Shown here piece after piece: positions 12,456 to 26,023 of a stretch of DNA of 64,000 bases. The stretch lies in assembly GCA_008632985.1 (NCBI GenBank), contig QPGO01000004.1, positions 186,001 to 250,000 on the forward strand, read 5' to 3'. Source of the stretch: Psammoneis japonica. Its lineage: Eukaryota. Both the position numbers and the translations under genes were made by a program. The notes below the pieces were generated by a model that saw only the letters and a list, made by a program, of their open reading frames with translations, ran no database searches and had not been told where the DNA came from. Position 1 is the stretch's first letter. Each line of letters starts with the position of its first letter.

Positions 12456-14107
12456 ACATATCACAATGCTTACTTCATATTTTTATGCAATCTAAAATAA
12501 TATCTTTCTACGTGCAGCTTCGACACAAAACTCGTTAATCAGCACTCAAGCAAAAGTCCTCTCCAGCGACCTCTAGCTAGGTAGCGAATCCTTGTCTTTT
12601 CTCTCTCTGTTTCACGCGACCCATCGAATACGCCAAGTCGCGTCGACCTTTGGGCAGGCGGTGATGCAGTCGAAAATATGGCGGCTTTGGAGCTGTCACG
12701 AGCCGTTCACATAACAAAACCCAAAGTCTAATTTTAAGTGCTGCTACGCTTCCACCCTGCAACTCCGGCAACAAGCTAACCCACACTCCCAGTACACAGT
12801 GGGAAGGGGTTGTCAGCGGTGTTATCTTGCTTTGATGTACACAGCGTGAGATACGAAAGCGTTCTATTGCGGTGTTGCACCGTCTGCTAGTCGGAACAAC
12901 CACTCACTCGCACGCCTTTGTCGCATTGAGAATCCCGGGTTAGCAACATGCTACCCCGAGTGATTTTGAATTAGGACGGAGGCGACTACGCGACTTGCTA
13001 GAGCGGACTTTGACTTCCTCTGTTTAAGAGTCTCTAGTGGTTAGCTTCATCTTCTCGTTTTTAATGACGAACGTTGTATGCCACATTAAAAAATTTAATA
13101 CTGCTTATGTAGTAGTGTGAGCCCTCTAGCTTTAAGCTAGATTGGCATTTGTTCTATCTGCACTTAAATGTTCCATTTTTGTCGGTTGGAAGGTGCCAGG
13201 AGTCTTTTGTTGTAATATCTCAGTTCATAAAGAAGGTAACGAGGATGTCACTAGCGACGCGACAAGCACACAATGACTACCACAGTTGTGTTGTACACGA
13301 GTACGTGTTAAGAACTTCGTGTGCTCTGCCGTATGTAGAGTTCCTCTCAAATTGCTTTCACTCGCTCACCTCTCTCTGTCTTTCCCGCGCTCCTGTTACA
13401 TTGAGCGTTGGTCCTTTCTACTAGAGGAGTAGTACAAAATAGTACATTGCATAGAAGAGAAGATGCTTTGAACAGTTGATGAGGGGAATGACTTCTTTCA
13501 AATTCGAAAAAAAATGTGATGGCGGAGAATTTTCCGGCGGGATTCGAACGGAAATGTATCGGAAAAATCAAACTGTGAGCGTCTCGTGTGATGTCTTATT
13601 ACTTTATGCGCAAATGAAGATTATATGCAATATTCAATTCTTCCCACATATATAAGTGTCTCAAAAGTAGTAAAATGTCATTGTCGTTAAGTATTCAATT
13701 GGTTCATTTATGAGGGGCTCGATTGTATCAGAGTTTTAGAAAGATTTTCGTTAAGTGTTTCGAAACACAAAGTCTTTTTCACTTAACATTCTTTGTTAAT
13801 TGGGAGTCATTCCAATTCATTCCGACATTTTAGGAGGTCATGATCGGTATTGCAACACTGTGTAAAAGACATTTTTGATCGTCGTTATTTTTTCTTGTTT
13901 TCGTGTCGGCACGCTCGCTCGCATACGTAGCGCTGTGTACATTTCCTACGACAATTGCGCAACATGCCAATTCCGCGACCGCAAGTTCAGCGAAAGTGCT
14001 CGTGTTCGTCGCACTCACTCGAACAAAGCAGGCGCAGCAGTGTCGAGGTGGTCAATGTTTGTTGGAGTGTTCTATCGACACGATTCCTTTTCTCCATGTT
14101 GCTTCCC

Positions 14108-15234
14108 ATGAGTCATATGAATAAGGACACGGATGATAATGATCCGTTGCTATCAGAAGACCCCGCTGCATCCAGCACAGCCACTTTACTCGAGGTCCGA
14201 ATCAAGTCCACCATGGGCGATGAAACCCTCGAAGTTTCCAGTCATTCTAATATTTCCACCATCAAGCAGCAAGTACTGACTGCGTTGGGTCCATCCGCTC
14301 AGGACCGTTATATACGATTGATTTGTAAGGGCCGATTATTGGCCCCAGACTCGGCGCTCTTGAAAGAATTCGGAGTTGCCGATGGTGATGTCATGCACGC
14401 GGTTTTAGCTGCGAGCGGAGTGCGGTGAGTTTTTATGAGAAGAGTTAGGTGATGTAAGTTGTACTGAAGCTTCTTATAACTTAAAACTCCTGCGCTTTTT
14501 ATTATAGTGGTGGTCAGCAAGCAGCACTGTCTCGCGGAGCTTCTACAAGACGCTATCGCGGTGCTGGTGTGGGTCCTCTAGGTAGAGTGGTGCGTCACAC
14601 ACGAGGAACCATCGAGGACGACGATTCTGATTCGGAGGATGAACAAATGGAAGAAGGACGCGAACGCATCGGTTTTGATCGATTAAGGACGGTAAGTTCA
14701 ATAATAGTAATCGTTATGATTAATTTCAAATGATGGGGCTTACGGTATGCTCACGTACTGTACGTGTCCTTGCAATCCTTTTTTCGAAAACATCAGAGTG
14801 GCATGAGTCGCAGCGAAGTGACTGCGATTCGATCTTACTTTTCACGTCAAGTGGATCGATATGTACAACAAAACCCCAATGTCGCCTCGGATGAACAGGA
14901 CTTGTTGCGAAGGCGTTTGCTTCAGGAGGATGCGTGGATGCAAGCTCAGGGACCAACGAGTGAGTTCCGGCTAAATCTCAACCAAACCAATCCCTTGCTT
15001 CCGTCATCCACTGTATGGATGAGGACATCGGTCGGGACGGATCGTGACTTTTTGTGGGGTTTCCTCTTGGGTTTCTTTGTTGGATTTCTCATGCTGGTGT
15101 GGGTTTGGATGCCCACGGTGCCTCATAAGCAAAAGCTTGGAATATTGACTGGAATTTCGTTGCAGTTGGCCCTGAGTTTGTTGAGGAATTCGGGTTCGGA
15201 CGATGCTAGTTTGGCCTTTGATGGAGGTAATTAA
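14108..15234 (+). CDS. Ubiquitin-like domain membrane protein, DSC3/DUF2407-like; 3 exons
   Basis: UBL domain (IRLICKGRLL..GVADGDVMHAV), GFDRL..GMSRSEV, and C-terminal GTDRDFLWGFLLGFFVG..KQKLGILTG. Introns start ~14425 (gtgagt) and 14692 (gtaagt). Confidence 0.8.
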
Positions 15235-15415
15235 GCAACAACGATATAAGTAGACTGCTAAAAGTGAACAAAATTCCTGGCGAAGCAAGCATTGTTGTTG
15301 TCCCAGAGCACGCAATTGTAGCGACCGCTGCTAACATAGTTTCAATGCTATTGCAGAAAGGGGATCTCCATTTATCTATTGCAACGTTCACCACCAGTAT
15401 TCGTAACCGGCTGGT

Positions 15416-18400
15416 TTATGAGAGTAAATCCTCCAAATATTCATTCTCCCTTTCTTCGTCGCCATCAAGTCGAGACCACTCCCAATATGGAAGGTGAAGC
15501 AACTTCCATCCCAGATGCGTCAACAATCGTTCCTTCAGGGCTGTTGGTCCATTCATATACTGCCGTGTGTCCAGGAATTGCCACACAAGGCTTCCGTTTA
15601 CCAACTTTGCAAAGCCACGACCGTCTGACTTGTGTTGGTCCTGAGGTTGTTCTTCGTCGAGCACGTGGACAAAGTGAGCAGGCCCGTCCACCTCAATGCC
15701 AATCTTTTTCTCTAGATTGGCAACATCAATGGATAGAATCTCCAACGGTCTGGATGACACCTTGATACCGTGGTTGTGAACTAGCTCCTCCAAACCAATA
15801 GTGTGTTCCTCCACATGGTCAAACCCTATTCGATTCAGAGCGGCACTAACTTCAACCTGCAGCTTGCTGGAGCTGAGAGACATCATGGATGGTGTTTCTG
15901 TACCAGACTCCAAGTATTCCAATGAGTTTTGCGTATCAGAGTCCCAACCGTCTGGAAAGTTTGCTGGCAACACAAGGTCGTTATCGGGCACTTCAACGTC
16001 CATTGCCATTTGAACCTGTTCAAACAACAACGGAGAATGCGGTGAAAACACTCCAGTCAGGCAAAACCAACGAAGCAATTTATGTCAGCCGATCTCTACT
16101 TACGTAAAGGAGACTCATTATTAGTGGTCTTTGCAAGCCATCATCCCCGTAAACCTCATTCAAATACTGGGGAGTTTTCGAAGGGGAGCTTCCGATAAGG
16201 CCCGTGTAAAGTAATCGCATGAGCTCCGGAGGGAAACGTCCGGCAACAGCGCATGACCAAACTGTGTTAGCCAACTCTTGCCTTTTGAACCACTTTGAAA
16301 TGCTTACTTCATCATACTCTCCATCTCTATCGCCATGACGACAAATGTGTAATATGTAAGAAGCGATGGCGTCAACCACATCATGCATCGGGTGATTGAG
16401 CACTGCAAAAGCCCAAACAATGTTGGCGATCTCTTGCCCCTTGAATCTGTCCATATAGTCCGGCATGTTCCCTTTTCTTCCGTTGCGATTCACCAAACGA
16501 GAAGTGCTAGAAAGAAATGGGAATTAAGCTTTTGAGCGCTCGCAATCACGTTGCGTCGAAAGCTGTTATCGCACAGGTGATCCAACTCACCGTTCAATGA
16601 CCTGTTCAGCAGTCAATTCGAAGAACTCCTTATGCCACAGACCAAGAATGCCCATCGCCCACGCCGTGTTACTAATGTCCTGAGGTTTCATCCTAGAAAG
16701 ACGATCTGTCAAGAACATTGAAGTTGATTGTACAGGTAAGTGCAGGCTGGTATCGAGGCACATAAAAATTGACAAAACGTACCGTGCTTTGTAATTGCAG
16801 CATCAGCGAGCGAGCGCATGAGTCTCTGGAGGAGGACTTCACCAAAATCAATACAACTTGTTGAGTAAATCGCCAAACGTCCAGTCTTGCCTGACCCACC
16901 ACCTTCGAGACGCTCAGTTGCAACTTCTACCAATTGAGCTTGCCTTGCAATACTCCAACACAAGTTACCGATTCCTTGCGGTGAAAAATTATCCACACTA
17001 CGGCACTTTGAAAGATTACCGGAATCTTCTTCCCTACCAACCAAATGCTCAGCCGTCAATCTAAAGAGTATAGGATGACGCAAGCCAATCTGTAGTGAAC
17101 AATGGGTAAGAGCAGCGGAACGCAGAACATCAAAAGAAACACTACACAACTTGCTCACCTTGGAGAAACTCCACAAAACATCCTTAATCTCTTGTTCCTT
17201 GAATTCGTATGGCCGCCTCATTAGTTCCTCAGCCCCAACTGCAAAGCACAATGTGACCGGATCGTCTGAGAATTCGGCCAGAGAGGGCCGCTGATTTGAG
17301 TGAAATAGGGTCGTGTCGAACGCATCACGATACTGAGGTACCATTTTGGCCGTTGCAAGCGCCCACAAAGTGTTGCTTATTTCCTGCGGCTTAAACTGCC
17401 CGCATCGTTTCCAAGTGAGTCGCGAACAGATTGACTTGTACACGTCTTCGTTGAAGTATTCTTTTGAAGCAAACGACCAGAGAGTCGATCCAACATCTTG
17501 GGGCGATACGTTGCGCCGCGGATTCTGAAATTCATTCCCAACGCCATTGAATACGTTCACAGCTTCCTCTTGCTCTCCCAATCGAGAAAATGCCCAAGCT
17601 AAATTGTTGAGCTCTTGTGATCGAAAAACCTTCAATCGTGGCACCGCACTCTTGGACACTGCACGAAATGCTTCAGCAACCAGGGCTTGATCACCTTCAG
17701 CATCATCTGTTAACAGTATAATGTAGTCATTGGCATTTCCACCCCGGATGATGGATTCATCGTAACCGAATCCCAATGTTGCAAAAGCCCATAGAGTATT
17801 ACTGACTTCTTGTGATTTAAATTCATCGACGCGGCTTGCAATCCCTTTGGCTACGTGACGACATATTCTCGCAACAACCAAATCTTCCGATTCGTTTTGC
17901 ATATTCTTATCGCCGGATCGTTTATTCGATAAGATTGTTGCGATTCCCCAGATAGTATTACTCAACTCTTGTGGCTTAAACGCAGCGATAAATTCAGGGT
18001 TACTATCCATCAGATCCGCGAGATGTTCCAGTAGACTTTCTTGAGTTGGTCCGTGAAAACCGGCTGTAGCAAAAGCCCAGACGCTGTTACTCAATTCCTG
18101 TGGCTTGATGACGTTGCGACCTTTCTCGAGCTGTTGATTTATTGCCCTAAGCAATTGATTCGCAATATTATCAAACGCCTTCGGATCGGCACGGTCGGCG
18201 GTAGCAAACGCCCAAAGCAAATTTGCCCACTCCTGACTGTTGACATCGGACTTTGCCACCAACAACTGTCGCGAAATCTCATCCATTACTAATCCTGACA
18301 GTTTTGACAACGTTGGTACCCACCGAGAGCTGGAAATATCAGCATTCGCCCCAGTGTTAGACTGCTCCCTCCGTTCCTTTGCCACACTCAGGATCTCGTT

Positions 18401-19159
18401 CCGTAATTGCAGTGAGGACTGAAGCAAATCATCCACAATACTTTCAGATGTATCAACTGGCAACACCGAATTGGGTGGTGCTATTCGTAATTTTGCAATA
18501 GCCCACGCAATATTTGAAACCTCACGCGAACAAAAGTAATCTTTTTTGACTGTTGTTTCTGGTCGCTTGTCTGTTTCTGCTGCAGAGCCCCAAGCGACTG
18601 GGTGTAGTCCATACCACCAAGAGCCTCGCTTAAAGAGCACAAGAAAAGGGCAAATCTTGCATCGCTTAGTGTCTTTGCACGACTTTCTCTATTATAAACA
18701 GCATGCCGCGCAATCCGATGAATGGCGGTCGAAAAGTTGACCGAATTCATGGATCCGCCACCGGCAAGGCCGGTTAGGGCATTCCCCGTCGACGCCAGCA
18801 ACTTGAGCACATCGGCAGAATTTTCGCATGAAACCAGAGCCTTATTTAGTGCTTTGGCTTGAGCGAGGCCTCTTTTGTTTCCGCTTTGTCGTTTTCGTCT
18901 TTGGAACTTTTGCTTGCCTTTCTTTTGAGGTTGTCGAACTGGTTTCGTTTTTGGTTGTTGTTGTTGCTGCTGCTGCTGCTGTTGAGAACCGAAGAGATTT
19001 GTTCTTCTTGTTGCTATGGTGGAGCTGCCGCTCGAGATTTCTTCTTTTCTCTGTTGCGTAGTATGCTTCTGTATACAACCTGAACGAACGACGAAGGAGG
19101 CTGATGGTGCCACGTATATACAAAACAGTAGCACAATCCAATTTGTTCTGGAAGGACAT
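15416..19159 (-). CDS. Plastid-targeted octotricopeptide-repeat (OPR)/RAP-domain RNA-binding protein; multi-exon, with apparent 1-nt indels near 19140 and 18535
   Basis: Many KPQELSNxxWAFA repeats. C-terminal RAP domain (SIDVA..IGIEVDGPAHF..TALKERLL..GWKLLHLPYWEW). Hydrophobic N-terminus ending SAS-F. Confidence 0.88.
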
Positions 19160-20149
19160 ATCGGTGCGGTGGTCGAAAAGTGCCTCGCCGTTGCTGTTTT
19201 CTACTCATTTTTGAGCTCAGCATTCTGATCAATTATTGAGGCCAATAGAGTTATTCTCTGTCTATCTTGCCCTGTCGCTGGGTCCTTCCTTGGAGGTTCT
19301 ATGCTACGATCGCTGAAAGTTGGTTCTGTTGTGATGGGATGTGCGTGGGATGAAGATTGGGATTCAGGATGGTTGATAATATGATGGTTGATGGCATGGT
19401 CGGTTCTGCGGTCGGTGGTGCGACTGCTCCATCCTGAATCCTGAAAAGCGTGCGCATGCACTGACGGACACACACACAGTGGATTGTACCGCGATTGTAC
19501 ATACGCAATTTATTACGACCAAATCCTGTAAAATAATTTCCGTTGTGACGCAACCATGACGTTGCACTATGATATTGCCTCCTCCCTGCCTCCGACAAAG
19601 AAAAGTTTGACCCAAAAATCACCATGGCCACCACCTCGGAACGAAATGCCGTCGCAACGGCGGATTTGTCGGCCCCTACTTGCCCCCTTCCAGAGAACGT
19701 TTCTAAACACTCTCAAGCATCCCCTGATAAAAAGGGGCAAGTAGAGCCCAAGGCTTTGGAGAGGAAACGTGGCTCCAAAGTGAGCTCGTATTTCTATCTC
19801 AATCTGTTGCGGTGGCATCATTATGCTAGATTCAGCAAATACAAATAAATGGCTGTTAGTGCTGTTGTTTCCGGCGGTTCTTTCGATGCAATCATTCTTC
19901 AATAACAACAACGACTTTTTTTGGATTCTGTGATGATCCAAAAAAAGACGTGCAAGAGCCGATGAAAGTGACGAATGTGACGAATGCTGCAATCGTCGCG
20001 TCGATCTGTGCTGGTATCGACTACAGAGGTAGTTGACCAGTTGAGCAAGTACGCCGTGTCAGAAAGCTTAGCAAAACACTCAACAACGTGAACTCTGCGC
20101 TACCCCGTGTCATTGATCCAGTATTAAATGGTACAAGCGATGGTCGGTG

Positions 20150-20603
20150 ACAGGTTGATGCACGCATCCAAACTCACAAGGATGGCAAGTGCACAAGCCT
20201 CAAGCACTGGGCCTGGCATCTTACTGACTTTGATGCCATATACCACACCGATGCAGACGTGTGCTTCAAGCAAAGCCCCGATTCATTTGTTTTAAAGTTT
20301 CTCGAGGATCCAGTGGCCGAGGTCTGTGCCTACTGTGAAGAAGCAGCTCGAGGATGGGTTGGATTCAACACCCACCAAATGATGCTCCGCCCCAGACGAC
20401 GGATTGCTGCAATCCTTCGTGCCAAGGCCGCCACAGGTGACTTTGTGGGATACACAAACACGGAGCAAGGTGTTCTCGAGACCTTCTTTTCAACCTCCAC
20501 TTGGTGCATTGATCACAGACGCGCGGCCGACTATAATATTTCCCAGGACATGTTCACGGCAAATCTTGTAGTAGCGCAGCGCAGATCAAGAAGGTCTCAA
20601 TAA
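20150..20603 (+). pseudogene. Truncated glycosyltransferase family 8-like fragment
   Basis: LKHWAWHLTDFDAIYHTDADVCF (DxD motif), GFN..MMLRP and TEQGVL. An upstream in-frame stop and no ATG. Ends in a 24-bp x3 repeat (~20587-20660). Confidence 0.55.
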
Positions 20604-21210
20604 CGGAGAACAAGACGGTCTCAATATCGGAGAACAAGATGGTCTCCATATCTAAGGACGAGAGTACAGTGGACGGAGCGATGCGTTGATACATATGATA
20701 TGCGTTGCATCATCGATGTGTTGCATGATATAACGTTAAAAAGACGAATCAATGTCTTCGTATCGTACTTCGTTGGCTTACTGTTATTGGTAGTTACCAG
20801 TACTATGCAAGCAAGCTACTGGTTCTGGTTTTTCTACCCCTGTTGTTCTTCTTCACGCTAAGCCGTCGCGCTTGCGCTATAGCGGTTTTGCGCCACAGCG
20901 GACAGCAAAGGCATATTTCCATCAGACTGATTGCCGAATGACGGGAGAAGGACTCTAGAAAGCAAGGAAGGTAGCAGACTTCCCGCATGTGTTTCGACAT
21001 ACCAGGTAGAGACAAAAGAAGACTAGCCTTAACACACTTTGTTCCTACTGACAGGGCCAGGGACACACTAAAAACGAAGTATTCATGTCCCTGGTAGGTA
21101 GGACCCTAACTTTACAATGTTGCCTTCCATGGTGGATTAGATCTCGAGAATAGGGCACAATGCGCATGAACACATCTAAAGATACGCTACAAAGCAATAT
21201 ATCTAACAAA

Positions 21211-21783
21211 CTATCCTTGATGGAAATTTTCCAATACAGTAACAGAATCATCAACAGGCGCCGGTGTGGCTTGATCCTTGTGGACTCGTTTCGGCATGAC
21301 CCAAAACCACGACAACGGAACGGACCAACTCATTTTGGGCTTTTTGATTTCATTGTTCTTCAGAGCATCTCTTCCAATGATTCGAAATCGAACATCTGAC
21401 TGGTTCTCGGAGGGGATCAAGTGGCTGTTGATCATGGCTGAACCCATGGACTGCCCGAGCGTAAACATGGGTGTGTAGCAGCATGTCGAATGGACTCGAT
21501 GGATTTTCGAATTGGGACGAATAATACACGTTTTCAATAGCTCCTTTCCTTCTATCACTTTGATTTCAGTAGGATAAAGTTGTGTCCAATCGACCCCGCC
21601 CCAGCTGTCTAAGGTAGCGTTCTCATTTTGATTGAGCTTCAGGGCCGTTTCGTTTAGCGTCTGGTAGTATCCACGGCAGTCTTTGCAGTAACAGACAAGA
21701 CGTAGTACAGACGGTGAATCAACGGCAAGTTTGACCTTACCGCAGCTACACTGGATCGTTTGGCAAAGCTTCGGAGTGGCCAT
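21211..21783 (-). CDS. GFA/CENP-V-like zinc-binding protein (DUF6151-like)
   Basis: IQCSCGKV..RLVCYCKDC..STCCYTPM motifs; intronless ORF. Confidence 0.75.
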   Translation of the reverse strand: MATPKLCQTIQCSCGKVKLAVDSPSVLRLVCYCKDCRGYYQTLNETALKLNQNENATLDSWGGVDWTQLYPTEIKVIEGKELLKTCIIRPNSKIHRVHSTCCYTPMFTLGQSMGSAMINSHLIPSENQSDVRFRIIGRDALKNNEIKKPKMSWSVPLSWFWVMPKRVHKDQATPAPVDDSVTVLENFHQG

Positions 21784-21928
21784 GGTGATGTTTTGTTCTT
21801 TGAAAAAGTGGCACGGTTCGTTTTGGAGTTCTCATTCTCGCGCGCCAAAGACTGCGCGCGACAATCTTCATGTCGTCTTGCACTCTGCCGTCATCGCCAA
21901 TTCATTTTTTTTTTTGGTGTGATCGACC

Positions 21929-23579
21929 ATGGCGAAAGGACTGCAACGGCGTCGTGGTTCTACCGACAGCGGACCACGAATAGGGGTTCGTCATGGTGTA
22001 TTCTGTGTCATAATTGTTTCAATTTCGACTGTGGGCTGGTTTCAGTTTCATTTCAGTCGCAGCTTGTTTGGGGATGCTGAAATTAGCGGTGCGCCTCTGT
22101 CGCAACGACAAGACACGAAACGAACGGATGCGATGACGGTTAACGCTGACAGAGAACGTGATATACCTTGGGAATGTACCTTTCGGGAATATCCACCTCG
22201 TCGATACTATCATCTCAACGAAAAGATACCCTTTCTCGAGGATTCGGAATACATTTACGGGAGACCGCCCACGTTGTTGGAGGGAACAAAGGACCTGATG
22301 CCTTATGAGGGCAAGATTTGCATAGATCAAACGATAGATAAGGATATGATTCGACCGTTTTCGGATGGAACTAATCCGTCTATTTTGGGCCTTCATCGAT
22401 TGCCTTCAACCCATGTTTTGAATCAAGGACTGGCACAACAGAAACAATTTGCTCTTTTTCTGGGTTCAACCTGTATCACAGACGGTCAGTGTTCCTGGAA
22501 AGATACAGAAGAAGAAAAGCTCAAATATCAAATCTCGCCCTCGCAGAAGCAAACTGCAAAATACACTAAACTTTTGCTACTCGACTCCAAGTTGCACACT
22601 CTGCAGGAAACAACGCTCATGTTGGAGTTGGATGCACCGTGGGGACGAAGGTCGCGACAAGCTAGGCGTGATCCAAAGGCAAAGAACGGCTTTGTGCGAG
22701 AGGCCAAAGCATTTGATGATGCGAGATTGTTTCTTCACAAATCGCAAGTTTGGGTCAGTTACCGTGAGGGTCCTGGGTTTGGCTATGAACAACAGGTGCT
22801 CAATCCGATTCATTTTGAGATCTCTAGCGACAACTCGGTGATGGAGGCACACGTCAAGGCATCTGAAACAACGTCATTTTGCTGTGGACGCAACATGGCG
22901 CTGGTATCAGATGGAGAGGTGAGTGCTCGTGGTGTCGGTTTGTTGCGAAAAGTGACGATATGGATACTCGCTGGTGTGCAACTCTCACTCCGTTCCAATT
23001 TGCTTGCTTCTTCTTTGCCTTCCCTCATTGTTAGCCAAACACAGCATTGCAAAGCCTGACTTGGGTTGATCCTGTAACTATGGTGAATGTTGATGATGGA
23101 ACCAACAAAATGCCGACCGAGAAGCGGAGACGGCAGTTGCGAGAGCGAAAGAGCGACTTTCATGGTACCAACGGTTTTCTCATTCCCCTCGAAACGACAA
23201 ATGAGTATCTCGGTATCGGGCATTTCCACCGACCACCGGGTCGCGATACGTCGGATTATGCACGGCATGGGCACCATTATACTCATGCCTTTTTTACAAT
23301 CACTGCCAAGCCACCACACCGTTTGACACGGCTATCCATGAATTCGTCTTTGAGACCAAGTCAAAGGCTTTTGTGGGAAAGAATGTGACGGACATGATTC
23401 AATTTGCAAGTGGTGCCGAGTTGGTTGGCGATGACACCAAAGGCAAACTTCTAGTCGTTTATGGGATCAATGACTGCGAGGGAGCATCAATCTTTATTGA
23501 CATGAGCGTAGTGCAGAGTATTCTTGTCCCGGTACAGGAAGGGGCGCAAGTGGTGGATGTTATGAAGAAGTTAACTTAA
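21929..23579 (+). CDS. Type II membrane protein with a putative five-bladed beta-propeller glycan-active domain; intron ~22919-23044, indel ~23340
   Basis: N-terminal TM segment. Motifs DDARLF, GRNMAL, FHGTNG, YLGIGHFH, HYTHAFF, IQFASG, VYGINDCE lie across three consecutive ORFs. Confidence 0.6.
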
Positions 23580-23802
23580 ATGTACAAGGATGCGAGACGG
23601 ATTTATGGATTGGCACGTGGCACGGCCCTCCTTCTGCTTATGCAAGTTGGCCGCAGAGATGAGATAAATCGGAAAATGAATGAAGCCCCAGGGAGCGATT
23701 CTCGTACAACATGAACCCGGGCAGATGACGAACGCATGAGCTCTGGTGGACCACTTTATTTAAACTAACTTTCCTATTTATCACGCAATAATATAGCTCT
23801 GC

Positions 23803-24216
23803 CTATTCACTAGCTTCCCGTCTCTGTCGCCTCAACTCTCTATCCAGTCTTTTCATTTCACTTCTAGCGCACCTATCAAACTTTCTCGCTCGTTCAAAAT
23901 CAATCTCTCCTGGTTCTAGCGGATCTTGAGCATAAATATCCTCATGACAGCCTGGTGATATACACTTCGAGACACAGGCTGCGTTCTCTTCAGGCAACCA
24001 CGAAGCACAGTCTTCGCGTTCGCAAAGGAGACGCTTTGACTTGATTCGGTGTTCCACGCGTTTGTTGGTCTTTCTGCCCGGTCTGCTGCGACGACTCTGG
24101 ACAAGCGGAGCTAGCCAAAGAAGAATGATGACCACCAGCAGTATCTTCACAATCAAAACAATATAATAGGTTGGCGTCCTCGCCGTCGGAGGCGCCGCTG
24201 ATTTGACTTGGACCAT
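23803..24216 (-). CDS. DUF4787-like small Cys-rich secreted/membrane protein
   Basis: TM/signal segment followed by C..CVSKCISPGC..IYAQDPLEPGEID..R..F..C. Confidence 0.75.
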   Translation of the reverse strand: MVQVKSAAPPTARTPTYYIVLIVKILLVVIILLWLAPLVQSRRSRPGRKTNKRVEHRIKSKRLLCEREDCASWLPEENAACVSKCISPGCHEDIYAQDPLEPGEIDFERARKFDRCARSEMKRLDRELRRQRREASE

Positions 24217-24505
24217 GGTGAATCAATCGTGTCGTTTATGTGTGTGCTTGTTGCTTCGAGTTCTCGTTTTCACGGTTTTGTTAGAAACAGTCTGATAAAG
24301 GTGAAAACGTAGAAAAGCGAAAATTCACAAAAAGGAAGGAAAACTGACACAAAACTGAGCCTCTAGAGACACGGCTCAATCACGAGCACACTACTTACTT
24401 CGCACTTGACGCATCTCCGTTGCTGTTGCTGCTTTGCATCTGTCCATACAACGAAAGGAAACAAGGAGGTTCCGAGACAACAAACAACTCGAAATTTGAG
24501 AGACC

Positions 24506-24816
24506 ATGACGGGCAAAAGCGAGAGATCGAAAAGACGGGGGCGAAAAGGAGGAGACAGACGAGAAACGACCCAAAATCGATGACACTCCCAACGAGGACG
24601 GAAAACAACACGAGGAGGAGGACGACGAAAGGCCGGTTCCGAGTGACAAGGAGAGGAGGAAGAAGAAAAGAGAAACCTAAAAAGTCTGGGAGATCTCCAA
24701 AACGTCAATGGCTGACTCCAGTGGGCCCCCGGCACACTCGTATCGGAAATTCGTTCCAGGCTACCGAACTCCCCTCTCCCGGGTCGTTCGAGGCATCATC
24801 GAGAGATTCGAACTAA
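24506..24816 (+). CDS. Small charged protein with an ELM2-like C-terminal motif; reading frame uncertain
   Basis: Lys/Glu/Arg-rich purine-biased sequence ending in VGPRHTRIGNSFQATELP. A frameshift is needed from ATG 24506. Confidence 0.4.
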
Positions 24817-26023
24817 GTGCAAGAGAAAGAAGCTTCTTTTCGAAGAAAGGGGGACGCGTGTCTTTCTTCAGCAAGCGTTCAAAATAATGTCTGAAGAAAA
24901 GGAACGTGATGTCATATTGGCTGATTCAATCTGATGAGAGGGACAAAAGTTGTAATGTGAATGTAAATATTAAGGCGGTTCTTAATTGCAGCCTTCTTTA
25001 TGAATATCGCAGTCCTTGTCTCTCTAAAGGCAGTGCTACATAGCTTGCGTATGCTACGATTGCACTAGCGTGAGTCAGGCGATCACGAGGCTCCCCGTCT
25101 CTGACTCTGACAATGAAGCCTGCAGAGAGAAACTAGAACAGTGACGTTAGATACGGTAGATGCATGACATAGAGATGGAACCATTTCCATCAAATTTTCT
25201 CAGTGGACGAATCAGCATTTGCACTCGATAACAACAGAATGAAGGCACACAAGAAATATATGCCATGATTTCAGAAGGAATCCGACGTATTTGGTTCGTG
25301 CTTGAATCTTCATTTTCGTCTTGCGTCAACATGAGCTAGCGATACCAATAGTCTCCTTACCTATAGTATAGGCCTACGGCTCAATTCATTTGAGTCACTT
25401 GCGTTGATTTGGTGCTTGGTGTTCCGACAGTAGTGTCTCTTCGAAATTTTCCGCGTGCCTGTACAAGCTTCACTAGAGTGGACTCGCCGGTTTTCAAAGA
25501 GTTTGAGCTGCCCCATCTTCACATATCCTCCTTGCTCTACATATTTGATTGCTCGATTTGTCATCCCATAAGCTCATGAGCCTGTTTTCATCGTCATTCT
25601 CATTACAACTTGAATCGGGGTGAAGGAAAGAATAGTTGTTGAGGACATCATTTTACCCTGAATCATTTCTCGTCTAGCGCAAAGAGCAAGATGATGGGCT
25701 TGGAAGGACCACTTACTAGCACGATCATCTCACTACGGTACGTCTTTCCGACATAGTCAGCGTGACGAAAAGCAAAATGAGAATCAAGGATCAAACTTCA
25801 GGCTTGCGGAAGAAGACCAGACCAAAAGCGCGCGACAAGAGCGCGCAAAAGTTTGAAAAATGGATCAACGTGCGATTTGTAGGGTGGTCTACACGTCGTA
25901 GAACGTACGTGAAAAGCCAGTACAGACCGCGGCGCCGCCAAACAATGCCGTTGCTTCGAGAGAGGCTCACAATTCGAACAAAGCCTCGATTTGTTACCGT
26001 TCTTCAACAAGCTCATCCGCAAC

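Noticed and set aside
20587..20660. 24-bp x3 repeat, and other short direct repeats, as a CRISPR-like array
   Set aside because: Adjacent degenerate units with no unique spacers and no cas genes, in a eukaryotic context.
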